NCBI GenBank assembly: GCA_937896365.1
Contig: CALBMH010000060.1
Span: 1,200-65,199, forward strand
Length of the DNA: 64,000 nucleotides
Source of the DNA: an uncultured Alphaproteobacteria bacterium
GTDB taxonomy: Bacteria > Pseudomonadota > Alphaproteobacteria > Paracaedibacterales > JAKBAR01
Direction of reading: 5' to 3'
Of the stretch, positions 20,029 through 29,537 are shown one piece after another. Position 1 is the first letter of the stretch; each line of letters starts with the position of its first letter. The notes beneath the pieces were generated by a model. The model had not been told where the DNA came from. It was given only the letters and a program-made list of their open reading frames with translations, and did not search any database. The translations under genes were made by a program, and so were the position numbers.

Positions 20029-20760
20029 TCAATGCAAATTCAGTGTATCATTTAAATAGATGCACGTTAACATGGTAAATACATAAGCCTGCAAAAAAGC
20101 GATTAAACACTCAAAGAGAAGCACGGCTGCATTCGTAATCACAGGGAGTAGGGCTGCAGGAAACATTTCCGTAGAAGCTAAGATGACAGTAAACCCTGCA
20201 AATATTTTAATTATAGTATGCCCTGCGACCATGTTCGCAAACAAACGGATACTAAGGCTTACAGGGCGAGAGAGATAGGAGATAATCTCAATAGGGAGAA
20301 GAATAGGGGCCACAACAAGGGGGAGATCTTTGGGGAAGAAAAGTCTCAAAAAATGGGCACCATGTTTATGGAATCCCGCCAATGTTGTGCTAATGAAGAC
20401 GATGATGGCGAGGGAGAAGGTGACAATAATATGACTTGTGAATGTAAATGCATAAGGGATGAGGCCAATATAGTTTCCTGCAAAAATAAATAAAAACAGA
20501 CAAAAAATATACGGTGCAAAGGTGAGACCTTCAGGGCCTATGGATGCTTTGACAAGATTGTTGACAAAGGTAAAACTCGCTTCTTGAATATACTGGATAT
20601 AGCCTGGGACAAGCTCTCGCTTACCCAATAGAAAAAAAGCACACAATACCATTGTCGCTAACAGCATGAAAACAGAGGCATTTGTAAAAGAGACATCATA
20701 TCCGAGCATTTGAATGGGAATAAGGGGATGGATCTCAAACTGGTGAAGCGGATCGTTCAT
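20029..20760 (-). CDS. atpB: ATP synthase F0 subunit a
   Basis: 243 aa, polytopic, with the conserved-Arg motif RPVSLSIRLFANMVAGH. Confidence 0.93.
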   Translation of the reverse strand: MNDPLHQFEIHPLIPIQMLGYDVSFTNASVFMLLATMVLCAFFLLGKRELVPGYIQYIQEASFTFVNNLVKASIGPEGLTFAPYIFCLFLFIFAGNYIGLIPYAFTFTSHIIVTFSLAIIVFISTTLAGFHKHGAHFLRLFFPKDLPLVVAPILLPIEIISYLSRPVSLSIRLFANMVAGHTIIKIFAGFTVILASTEMFPAALLPVITNAAVLLFECLIAFLQAYVFTMLTCIYLNDTLNLH

Positions 20761-20767
20761 CGATATC

Positions 20768-20962
20768 TCACTCTTCTTTTTTATGATCAGGCGGTTGTGA
20801 CGTCATCGCTTTAAAAATAGTACGACAACCCGCGAGAAAGCCCAAGATAATAAATAGAATAAGGAAAAAAGGAGTTGTTTGAAGCCACTTGTCAATCCAG
20901 TACCCTATGAGGAAACCTGTAACGATGCTCGCAATAAAATCAGTACCGAGGCGAAAGAGCAT
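20768..20962 (-). CDS. atpI: AtpI-like small membrane protein
   Basis: 64 aa with two hydrophobic helices, directly upstream of atpB. The call rests on position and topology; the N-terminus may be longer with a non-ATG start. Confidence 0.55.
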   Translation of the reverse strand: MLFRLGTDFIASIVTGFLIGYWIDKWLQTTPFFLILFIILGFLAGCRTIFKAMTSQPPDHKKEE

Positions 20963-21186
20963 AAAAAGTAATCGGATTTATTCCTAATTAAAGTCGATCT
21001 ATCTGTCGATGGAGGAGTGCACCCTTTTGGGGATGATAGCAAAGAACTTGAACGCTGTCGTTTAAAATATGAGGAATGGCTGTTTTAGGAAAGTACTCAC
21101 ATTTTGAATGACGTCTCTTCCCAAAGAAAGGGAAATAGCCTACAAACGACGTGTGCAGGGAAGAAAAGAGCGAGGGTCTTGGCAGA

Positions 21187-22338
21187 ATGTTGAAAAAAAA
21201 ATGGTTAGTCTGTGCGCCCATCGACATTAGTATTCCTAATGCATGTGTCTTGCATTTAAGAGGTGTTGTCTGTGCCCTCTTAGAAAAAGGATATGATGTC
21301 ATACTTGTTCTTCCGCAGCCGTTAGAACATCAAGAACAATTTTTGTCTCATCAAAACCTCTCCATTTTTTTTTATAAAAACCTTTTTTCAGTGCATTTTT
21401 TAGGGGTTTTTCCCATGATACGACTTCTACAGAAGACAAAAATCCTTCAAAAGGTAGAAAGGGTCTACAGTCGTATGCATCTTCTTTCTTTTTTATTGTT
21501 GGGATGGGTTCGTCTTTTCTATCCTCAGGTCCTGTGCCTGAGTGAGCATAATGGTCTTTTGGGGGATGAACTATATCAGCTGTTGCCAAGGGGGTGGCGA
21601 CGATTCTCCTTTTTGGGAAGGTGGACCCAAATATGGGATGGTCGTCTTGCCCATTATGCACGTGTTGTGACGCCTTTGATAAAAGAGGCTCTTCAGAAAA
21701 AGGGGTTATCCTCTACTCTCGTTATGCCGAATGGCACAGATACAGAGCTTTTTAAGCCTTATGAACGCCAAAACGTTCTTAAAGAGTATGGTTTGCCACA
21801 AGAACATTTCTATGTAGGGTTTATTGGAGCTGTGACGAAATGGCAAGCGTTGGATGATCTTTTCCAAGCAATAGCAAAGATCCATGATCCTCTTCATCTG
21901 ATTCTTGCGGGAGAGGGGCCCTATCTTCCGTTGTTGAAGGAAAGGATACGCGCGTCATCTGTCTCCCATCGTGTTCATTTTTTAGGTTCAATTCCTATTG
22001 AAAAAGCAGCCCATGTGATCAGTTGCTTTGATATTGCCGTGGCGCCCATGCTGCGTGAATTGTATGAAAAATCAGGGGCCTCAAAGATTAAAATTAGGGA
22101 TTATACAGCGTGCGGACGTTGTGTAATTGCTGGGAATACAGAAGATCACATGGCGCTTGAGAAACAAAGTGTTTTGTTAACTTATGCGATGGATAACGTG
22201 GACGATTTGGCAAAAAAAATAACAGAGCTTTATAAAAATCCTGAAAAGCGCACATTACTCTCACATAATGCACGTCGATATGCAGAAAATTATTTTTCAT
22301 GGACGACTATCTTCAAGCCATTATGGAAAGTTCTTTGA
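21187..22338 (+). CDS. Glycosyltransferase, GT4/group 1-like (first gene of the glycan locus)
   Basis: C-terminal GT-B pattern FVGFIGAVTKWQALDDL..LILAGEGPY..VHFLGSIP..FDIAVAPM..KIRDYTACGRCVIAG. ATG at 21187 (MLKKKWLVCAP) is preferred to GTG at 21151. Confidence 0.75.
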   Translation: MLKKKWLVCAPIDISIPNACVLHLRGVVCALLEKGYDVILVLPQPLEHQEQFLSHQNLSIFFYKNLFSVHFLGVFPMIRLLQKTKILQKVERVYSRMHLLSFLLLGWVRLFYPQVLCLSEHNGLLGDELYQLLPRGWRRFSFLGRWTQIWDGRLAHYARVVTPLIKEALQKKGLSSTLVMPNGTDTELFKPYERQNVLKEYGLPQEHFYVGFIGAVTKWQALDDLFQAIAKIHDPLHLILAGEGPYLPLLKERIRASSVSHRVHFLGSIPIEKAAHVISCFDIAVAPMLRELYEKSGASKIKIRDYTACGRCVIAGNTEDHMALEKQSVLLTYAMDNVDDLAKKITELYKNPEKRTLLSHNARRYAENYFSWTTIFKPLWKVL

Positions 22339-22359
22339 TATAAAGATAAGGACCTTTGT

Positions 22360-23538
22360 ATGAATCATTGTAACCAAACAATTATTCTTTTAAATCGGGA
22401 CTGTGCCTTTGAAAGTCCGCGCAGCATACGTATTGTCAAGTGGTTGAGGAAGATAGCGAAAATCCATGTTCTCTCTTTTCATGGAAATCGACAAAAAGAT
22501 TGCTATGGAGAAAACACTGTTGTTTATACCTTTTTTAAAATTCCGCTATCAAAACCGATGGAAAAAATAAAACGGATTTTTTTCAAGCTTATAGCGTTTT
22601 TTGCACCATGGTTTTATCGATTAATTGTTTTTCGAAAGGAAGACAAGACCTTTTTTGAAACGTTACTTTCTCAAAAAGGAGATGTGATTATCTGTCAAAG
22701 TCTTGATCTTCTTCCTTATGCTTTTTTTTATAAAGAGAAGTATAAAGATGCAAAAATTATCTTTGATGCGCGAGAATTTTATCCCCATCAAGGATATCAT
22801 TCCTTTTTGTGGCGTATTGTGTTCAAAGATTTTACGGAATGGTTATGCAAGACTTATCTTTCGCGGTGTGATCATGTAATCACGGTTTCAAAAGAAATCC
22901 AAGATCTCTATGCCCATGTTTTTCAGGTAAGGTCTATAGTAATTCCATCTTATCCATCTTATCATGATCTTTTACCTCAACCTGTATCTTTTGAACAGAT
23001 ACGCATGATTCATCATGGTAGCTGTAGCCGTCAACGTCATTTAGAAAGGATGATCGATCTTTTATCGATGCTAGATCAACGCTTTTCCCTTACCTTCATG
23101 GTGCTGAGCGATGATACCGATTATTTATACTTTTTGAAACGGTATGCTAAGGAAAAAGGGGTTTCTGATCGTCTTTTTTTTGAGAATCCTGTTCTATTCG
23201 AGGATATTATTCCAATGCTAAATGCGTACGATATTGGCCTTTATTATCTTCAAAAAACAAAGAATAAAAACCACGAATATGCTTTACCCAATAAATTTTT
23301 CGAGTATATTCAATCGCGCTTAATGCTTGTCATTTCTGATCGTCCATCGATGGCGACCTATGTTAAAAGCTATAGCTTAGGGTTAGCGGACGACAATCTT
23401 GAAAGATTAGCTATCTCTTTAAATGCAATGACAGTAAAGGATATCCAAAAATATAAAGAAAATGCTCATCAAGCAGCAGTGAAATTATGTGATGAGCATA
23501 CCAAAAATTATTTTTGCAACCTTTTAAAGAATGTATGA
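22360..23538 (+). CDS. Glycosyltransferase-like protein, paralogue A
   Basis: 392 aa. IFDAREFYP and YALPNKFFEYIQSRLMLVISD motifs are shared with 23531..24739 and 41045..42319. Confidence 0.65.
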   Translation: MNHCNQTIILLNRDCAFESPRSIRIVKWLRKIAKIHVLSFHGNRQKDCYGENTVVYTFFKIPLSKPMEKIKRIFFKLIAFFAPWFYRLIVFRKEDKTFFETLLSQKGDVIICQSLDLLPYAFFYKEKYKDAKIIFDAREFYPHQGYHSFLWRIVFKDFTEWLCKTYLSRCDHVITVSKEIQDLYAHVFQVRSIVIPSYPSYHDLLPQPVSFEQIRMIHHGSCSRQRHLERMIDLLSMLDQRFSLTFMVLSDDTDYLYFLKRYAKEKGVSDRLFFENPVLFEDIIPMLNAYDIGLYYLQKTKNKNHEYALPNKFFEYIQSRLMLVISDRPSMATYVKSYSLGLADDNLERLAISLNAMTVKDIQKYKENAHQAAVKLCDEHTKNYFCNLLKNV

Positions 23539-24739
23539 AAACATGCGCGCTCTTCTCCTGTCATGTCGACATTCTCTGCGTGATCCAAGGCCGTCGCGGA
23601 TGGTAAAAATACTCGGTGATCTTTATCAAAAGGGAACGATTCATGAGATTCACCTTTTCTCTTATGAAGAAGGAACATTCTTGAAAAAGGACTTGCAAAG
23701 AGGGGTTCCGTATTCATTTTTGAATCTTATGTCCCCTTCTTTTATAGAGAAAATTATCCAACGGGTAATGGCCATCCTTTTTCCAAAAAGAATGGCAAAA
23801 TGTTTTTTGTTTTTTCAAAAAAATGACATGAATAGGTTTAAAAATAGCACGTATGATCTCATTATTTGTCACGATCTTGTGTTATTGCCGCTAGCAACGT
23901 TTCTTAAAAAGAAATCAAAGCATGCATTTCTTATCTTTGATGCAAGGGAATTTTATCCCCTCGAATTTGAGTCCAGTTTTTTCTGGCGCCTTCAATTTAA
24001 GCGGTTATATACATTTTTATGTCAGTTCTATTTACCTTTGTGTGATGAAGTGCTCACTGTGAGCAAAGGTCTTCAGGGTCTCTATGAAAAATATTTTTCA
24101 TGCGGTACGCGTCTTTTCTATTCTTTACCTTTGTATGAGTCCCTTGAGCCTTCTCCCATTGATGATAAATGTATCCAATTGATTTATCATGGGGCGTGTA
24201 ATCCTGATCGTGGGATTCATAACTTAATTGAAATGATGGATTTTTTGCCCAAAAGCTATCATCTTACTCTTATTTTGGTGAAAGGAAGTGGATCAAAACG
24301 TTATGAGAGAAACCTTCGACGAATAGCATTTACGCGGAATGTTTCGATGATAGATCCTTTTGATCCCTCTGAAATTGTTCAAAAAACGGCGAGCTTTGAC
24401 ATTGGTTTGTGTTGTTTTCAAAGTACGACAGCCAATTTGCATCATTCCATGCCCAATAAATTATTTGAGTATATTCAATCTCGTCTTATGGTTGTCACAA
24501 CACCTCTACACGATTTGTCAGAATTTGTGATAAAAGAAGATATTGGAAGAGTCACAAAGGGGTTTTCTCCAAAAGAAATGGCAGAAACATTTCTTTCTTT
24601 ATCCGTTAAGGATATTCAACGCTATAAAAAGAATGCATCCCTGAAGGCAACTGTCTATAACTACCAAGCACAAGAAGAAGAAGTTAAAAAAATGATCGCA
24701 TCTCGTCCCTCCTTGCCTTTTCAAAGGACTCATACATGA
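23531..24739 (+). CDS. Glycosyltransferase-like protein, paralogue B
   Basis: 402 aa and colinear with paralogue A (RDPRPSRMVKIL, IFDAREFYP, HSMPNKLFEYIQSRLMVVTTP). It overlaps the upstream gene by 8 nt; an alternative ATG lies at 23543. Confidence 0.65.
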   Translation: MYENMRALLLSCRHSLRDPRPSRMVKILGDLYQKGTIHEIHLFSYEEGTFLKKDLQRGVPYSFLNLMSPSFIEKIIQRVMAILFPKRMAKCFLFFQKNDMNRFKNSTYDLIICHDLVLLPLATFLKKKSKHAFLIFDAREFYPLEFESSFFWRLQFKRLYTFLCQFYLPLCDEVLTVSKGLQGLYEKYFSCGTRLFYSLPLYESLEPSPIDDKCIQLIYHGACNPDRGIHNLIEMMDFLPKSYHLTLILVKGSGSKRYERNLRRIAFTRNVSMIDPFDPSEIVQKTASFDIGLCCFQSTTANLHHSMPNKLFEYIQSRLMVVTTPLHDLSEFVIKEDIGRVTKGFSPKEMAETFLSLSVKDIQRYKKNASLKATVYNYQAQEEEVKKMIASRPSLPFQRTHT

Positions 24740-25368
24740 GCACCGATCCTGGACGATCGTCCATTACAATCGTGGATTATGGGGTTGGAAATATCGGATC
24801 CATTGTTAATATGTTAAAACGTATTCACGTAACGTGTCATGTGGCCTCGACAAAAAGTGATCTCCAGCATGCGAAAAAAATTCTTTTGCCCGGTGTGGGT
24901 GCCTTTGATCATGGGATGACCTGTTTTAACAACAGTGGTATGAGAGAAGATGTTGAACGAAAGGTTTTAGACGATAAAATACCTACACTAGGCATTTGTG
25001 TAGGTGCGCAGATGCTTGGACGCTCCAGCGAAGAAGGGCAGGAAAAAGGCTTAGCGTGGGTTCCCATGGATACAAAAAAGTTTTCATCATCGGATCTTCG
25101 GATTCCGCATATGGGATGGAATGTTGTGAATCCTTCAAGAAAGCATGATCTTTTTCAGGGGATGGAGGGGGAATTACGTTTTTATTTTGTGCACTCCTAT
25201 TATATGAATGTGGATCATGAGGATCATTGTCTTGCACGTACGCCCTATGCCCATGATTTTGCGTCTATTGTCATAAACGGTCATATCATCGGCGTGCAGT
25301 TTCATCCTGAGAAGAGTCATCGTTTTGGGATGAATTTTTTGTATAATTTTGCTGCCTGTTCTCCTTGA
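24736..25368 (+). CDS. HisH-like glutamine amidotransferase (glycan-locus copy)
   Basis: ITIVDYGVGNIGSI, LPGVGAFDHGM, PTLGICVGAQML, GVQFHPEKSH. The ATGA overlap at 24736-24739 couples it to the upstream gene. Confidence 0.88.
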   Translation: MSTDPGRSSITIVDYGVGNIGSIVNMLKRIHVTCHVASTKSDLQHAKKILLPGVGAFDHGMTCFNNSGMREDVERKVLDDKIPTLGICVGAQMLGRSSEEGQEKGLAWVPMDTKKFSSSDLRIPHMGWNVVNPSRKHDLFQGMEGELRFYFVHSYYMNVDHEDHCLARTPYAHDFASIVINGHIIGVQFHPEKSHRFGMNFLYNFAACSP

Positions 25369-25402
25369 CCCCCTCCGTTGATTCCATCAAAAAGAGACTC
25401 AC

Positions 25403-26164
25403 ATGCTCAAAACCCGACTGATTCCCGTTTTATTACTTATCAAGGATGGGCTTTATAAAACAAAACAATTTAAAAATCCAACCTATATTGGGGATCCCAT
25501 TAATTGTGTGCGCATTTTTAATGAAAAAGAGGTGGATGAGTTGATTTTTTTGGACATTAATGCAACGCCCAATCACCAAGCGCCGCAAATTGATTTTATT
25601 AAGGATATCGCAAGTGAATGTTTTATGCCCTTTTCCTATGGGGGAGGCATTCATGATTTGTCTGTGGCAGAGCGCATTCTTGCCAATGGATCTGAAAAAA
25701 TCATTCTCAATAGCATTCTTTTTGAGGATTTATCTCTTGTAGAGGAAATGGCAAAGCGTTTTGGTTCCCAGTCGGTTGTAGCTAGTTTAGATGTGAAAAA
25801 GCGTCTTTTAGGTGGATACACCCTTTATAGTCATGGGAGTCGTATGCCACGAAAACAAGATCTTCTATTGTTTTGTAAGGATCTTGAAAATGCAGGTGTT
25901 GGTGAACTTATGATCACCTCTATCGATCGCGAGGGCACTCAAAAAGGATGTGATCTTTCGTTGATCAAATCTGTTGTGGATCAAACATCCTTGCCTGTGA
26001 TTGCCCATGGAGGGATTGGAAAACTACAAGACATGGGGGATGTGGTTCAGAAAAGTGGTGTTTCAGCCGTGGCTGCAGGGAGTTTTTTTGTCTTTCAGGG
26101 AAGACACAATGCCGTGTTGATCACTTACCCATCGCAAAGTGATTTATCAGGCATCTTTGGATGA
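25403..26164 (+). CDS. HisF-like cyclase subunit (glycan-locus copy)
   Basis: 253 aa. RLIPVLLLIKDGLYKTKQF..YIGDPINCVRIFNEKEVDELIFLDI..ITSIDREGTQKG..IAHGGIG. Confidence 0.88.
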   Translation: MLKTRLIPVLLLIKDGLYKTKQFKNPTYIGDPINCVRIFNEKEVDELIFLDINATPNHQAPQIDFIKDIASECFMPFSYGGGIHDLSVAERILANGSEKIILNSILFEDLSLVEEMAKRFGSQSVVASLDVKKRLLGGYTLYSHGSRMPRKQDLLLFCKDLENAGVGELMITSIDREGTQKGCDLSLIKSVVDQTSLPVIAHGGIGKLQDMGDVVQKSGVSAVAAGSFFVFQGRHNAVLITYPSQSDLSGIFG

Positions 26165-26263
26165 GAACTTAGCTTTTCATGCATGGAAAAGACCAATTCG
26201 TATTGCATAAATAAGAGGCGCAACTTATGATCCTTTTATTCTTATTCGTTGCTTAGCATATTT

Positions 26264-27463
26264 ATGACTTATCAAATTTGCACCCAATGCATTATGGATA
26301 CAACCGATCCTGATATTACATTTGATGATTTGGGTGTCTGTAATCATTGTAAAAATTTTGACATTATCAAAGAACATTATTGGTTTCCCCATAATGGGCA
26401 AGAGCGCTTACAAAAAATTGTCCAGGAAATCAAAGAGTATGGAAAAGACAAGGAATACGATGCGATCATTGGATTAAGTGGGGGGATTGATAGTTCTTAT
26501 TTAGCATATTGGGCAGCGAGAGAGGGCTTGAGATTACTTGCTGTACACGTCGATGGTGGCTGGAACTCAGAGCTTGCTGTTAAGAATATCGAGAATATTG
26601 TCAAAAAGCTAAACATCGATCTATATACGTTCGTTGTTGATTGGCCCGAAATGCGTGATGTTCAGCTTTCTTTTTTTAAAGCAAATGTCGCCAATCAAGA
26701 TGTCCCACAAGATCATGCCTTTTTCGCAGCTCTTTATAATTTTGCGATCCAGAAGAATATTAAGTATGTTTTGAATGGAAGTAACCTTGCGACAGAAAGT
26801 ATTTTACCCCGTGCGTGGGGCCATAATGCTATGGATATTGCCCATCTAAAAGGTATTCATAAAAGATTTGGGACCTTAATTCTTAAAAAATTCCCCCTTG
26901 TTTCATTTTTTAAATACTATATTTACTATCCTTATATTAAAAAAATGGAAGTTATTCGGCCCTTGAATTATATGGATTATAACAAAGAAAAATCCATGGA
27001 GATTATGTCCAAAGAGTTAGGGTGGACGTATTACGGGGGTAAGCACTATGAATCGCGGTTTACAAAATTTTTCCAAGCCTTTTGGTTGCCCGAAAAATTC
27101 GGGTATGACAAACGTAAAGCGCATCTGTCATCGTTGATTGTATCAGGTCAAATATCTCGCAAAGATGCTCTTAAAGAAATGGAAAAGCCTCTGTATGAGG
27201 AAAAAGAACTGGATCGTGATAAAGAATTAATTGCCAAAAAACTGGGAATTTCAAAACAAGAACTCGAAAATCTTTTCAGAGAACCCTGCCATTCGTTTAA
27301 AGATTATCCCAATAATGAGTGGAAAGTAGAGATGTTTCGAAGGCTTTTTGTTATGAAGAGCCATTTAAAAACACTGTTTTTGGCACCTCATCGTTTGATT
27401 TTCAAGGTGTTGTCCCGTTTGTATCGCTTTGTCAAAGCAATCAGTGTGTCAAAATCATCCTAA
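26264..27463 (+). CDS. N-acetyl sugar amidotransferase (WbuX/PseA-like PP-loop enzyme)
   Basis: Zn-ribbon CTQCIMDTTDPDITFDDLGVCNHC and PP-loop IGLSGGIDSSYLAY. It forms the classic trio with the hisH/hisF copies. ATG at 26264 is preferred to TTG at 26249. Confidence 0.82.
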   Translation: MTYQICTQCIMDTTDPDITFDDLGVCNHCKNFDIIKEHYWFPHNGQERLQKIVQEIKEYGKDKEYDAIIGLSGGIDSSYLAYWAAREGLRLLAVHVDGGWNSELAVKNIENIVKKLNIDLYTFVVDWPEMRDVQLSFFKANVANQDVPQDHAFFAALYNFAIQKNIKYVLNGSNLATESILPRAWGHNAMDIAHLKGIHKRFGTLILKKFPLVSFFKYYIYYPYIKKMEVIRPLNYMDYNKEKSMEIMSKELGWTYYGGKHYESRFTKFFQAFWLPEKFGYDKRKAHLSSLIVSGQISRKDALKEMEKPLYEEKELDRDKELIAKKLGISKQELENLFREPCHSFKDYPNNEWKVEMFRRLFVMKSHLKTLFLAPHRLIFKVLSRLYRFVKAISVSKSS

Positions 27464-27523
27464 AAATTCTTAGAAAATTTTTTTTATGATCGCATCGACA
27501 ATTGCATTATCAAAGGATGTTGG

Positions 27524-28318
27524 ATGTTTTTTTTAGCTCCCTTTCAATTGTGTTATCGCCATCGTTTTTTATTAGCCTATACGACGATGATGGAGCTCAG
27601 ATCCATGTACGCAGGATCCATTCTAGGCTTGATGTGGATCTTTGTGGGACCATTGTTTTTTTTGGTACTCTATTCCCTTGTCTATACAGTCATTTTTAGG
27701 ATTCAGCCAAAGGGAATGGAGATTTTTGATTACGTTTTTTATGTTTTTTGCGGTCTTCTGTCGTTTTTATCTTTTTCGTCCTCGTTGACACAAGGGGCTA
27801 GTTCTATTTCTAGGAATAAGCATGTCTTGTTGAATACGGTGTTTCCTGTGGAGCTTCTTCCTATACGAACAACCGTGATTGCCCATGTACCCTTAGGAAC
27901 GGGATTTTTCTTATTGGGAATTGCTGGTGGCTGTTTGGGGATGTTTTCATGGATGTGGTTTTTTATTCCGGTGGTTATTCTTCTTCAAATCATCGCTCTT
28001 TCGGGGGTGTCGATGATGTTCTCTTTAATCACCTTAGTGTTGAAAGATATGGAGCAGCTCCTTCCCTATATTGCCATGATTTTTATGGTGATTACCCCTA
28101 TTGCCTATACGCCGGATATGGTTCCTTTATCGTTAAAGATTATTTGCTATCTCAATCCTTTGTTTTATTTCACTCAATCCTTACAATATCTTTTTGTATT
28201 TCATCAATGGCCACCGACTTATGTGATTTTAGGACTTATTTTCATGAGTTTTTTTTCATTTTCTGTGTCTTTTTGGATTTTTCAAAGGGTCAAATCAACT
28301 TTTTATGATATGGCATAG
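27524..28318 (+). CDS. wzm: ABC-2 type polysaccharide export permease
   Basis: 264 aa with about six TM segments. N-terminal ELRSMYAGSILGLMWIFVGPL is typical of Wzm/TagG. Its stop abuts the wzt ATG. Confidence 0.85.
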   Translation: MFFLAPFQLCYRHRFLLAYTTMMELRSMYAGSILGLMWIFVGPLFFLVLYSLVYTVIFRIQPKGMEIFDYVFYVFCGLLSFLSFSSSLTQGASSISRNKHVLLNTVFPVELLPIRTTVIAHVPLGTGFFLLGIAGGCLGMFSWMWFFIPVVILLQIIALSGVSMMFSLITLVLKDMEQLLPYIAMIFMVITPIAYTPDMVPLSLKIICYLNPLFYFTQSLQYLFVFHQWPPTYVILGLIFMSFFSFSVSFWIFQRVKSTFYDMA

Positions 28319-29524
28319 ATGCATATGAAAATGGATTCTGTTGCTATAAAGGTACAAAATCTCACAAAAACATATGGACAGACGTCGTCTCTTGTGAACA
28401 TCATGAAAAGTTTTTTTTTGAGAGATTCATGCCACGAAAGTACGGCATTTAAAGCACTGGATGATGTTTCTTTTATTCTTCAAAAAGGGGAGAAAGTGGC
28501 TCTTTTAGGGCGTAATGGAGCAGGAAAAAGTACGCTTCTTAAGCATCTTTTAGGAACGTATAAACCAACGTTTGGATCCGTTTATGTACAAGGATTTCTT
28601 TATCCATTGATGCATATTGGATCGGGGTTCCACGCTCTTTTATCGGGGTATGAGAATACAAAAATGTACCTCATGAATCTTGGCCTTTATGGAAGAAACC
28701 TTAAGGTTGCTATGGATAATACGTTTGCATTTGCGGAACTTGATGACGTTTTGCATCAGCCTTTTCAAACCTATTCGTTGGGTATGAAAATGCGTCTTCA
28801 GTTTGGTGCCGCAACCTCCATCAAGCCTGATATTTTAGTTGTTGACGAAGTATTAGGGGCCGGTGATGCTTATTTTGTTCGAAAATCTGCAAAGCGTATT
28901 CATAATCTTACATCCCATGGAACGACGCTTCTTTTGGTATCCCATAACATGACCCAAGTGTTGGAATTTTGTGATCGCGCTCTTTGGCTGGAAAAAGGAA
29001 AACTTATTGCTGATGCTCCTGCATTTGAGCTTGTCAATCGCTACGAAGCTTTTTTAATGAATGGTTTTAAAGATGAGACGTCTTTTTTAGATGATGGTCG
29101 TGAAGTGTATCGATGGAAGGGAAAAAGGGGCATTTCTCTGCAATCTGTTATGATGGATCCGCTAAGAACCCAGTTTGGATCGAAGATAACGCTAAAGTTA
29201 ATCTTAAGGATTGAGCAGCAAAAAGACTATTCTTGCGAGTATTTATTGACTTTATGGAATCGCCAGGGACAGTGTATTACACGCATCCGATGGCCCATCG
29301 ATCATTTTTCAGGAAAAGAAGGAGAAGAACGTATTTTAACAGTGGCATTTGATCCTCTTATGATCCATGGTCAAACCATAGCCTTTTCTTTTTCAATTTA
29401 TGATAAAGCAGAGCAGGAGAATGCTTCTCCTTTTTTTGATATCGTGACACGTTTTTTATCATGGAATATCCCATCCTTAAACACACCTTATCTTTTACCG
29501 TCTTTCTCCGATCTATCAACTTAA
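28319..29524 (+). CDS. wzt: Polysaccharide export ABC ATPase with C-terminal extra domain (Wzt paralogue 1)
   Basis: Walker A LLGRNGAGKSTLLK, signature YSLGMKMRL, Walker B ILVVDEVLGAGD, plus a non-ABC C-terminal region of about 150 aa. Confidence 0.88.
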   Translation: MHMKMDSVAIKVQNLTKTYGQTSSLVNIMKSFFLRDSCHESTAFKALDDVSFILQKGEKVALLGRNGAGKSTLLKHLLGTYKPTFGSVYVQGFLYPLMHIGSGFHALLSGYENTKMYLMNLGLYGRNLKVAMDNTFAFAELDDVLHQPFQTYSLGMKMRLQFGAATSIKPDILVVDEVLGAGDAYFVRKSAKRIHNLTSHGTTLLLVSHNMTQVLEFCDRALWLEKGKLIADAPAFELVNRYEAFLMNGFKDETSFLDDGREVYRWKGKRGISLQSVMMDPLRTQFGSKITLKLILRIEQQKDYSCEYLLTLWNRQGQCITRIRWPIDHFSGKEGEERILTVAFDPLMIHGQTIAFSFSIYDKAEQENASPFFDIVTRFLSWNIPSLNTPYLLPSFSDLST

Positions 29525-29537
29525 AAGGATTCACTCT

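Noticed and set aside
20988-21302. 104-aa minus-strand ORF spanning the atpI/glycosyltransferase intergenic region
   Set aside because: It overlaps the 5' end of the glycosyltransferase gene, has no recognisable motif, and would sit in the divergent promoter region.
27949-28308. Alternative-frame ORFs inside wzm (27949..28308) and inside ctaA (44156..44530)
   Set aside because: They are embedded in genes whose main frames give coherent polytopic membrane proteins with family motifs.
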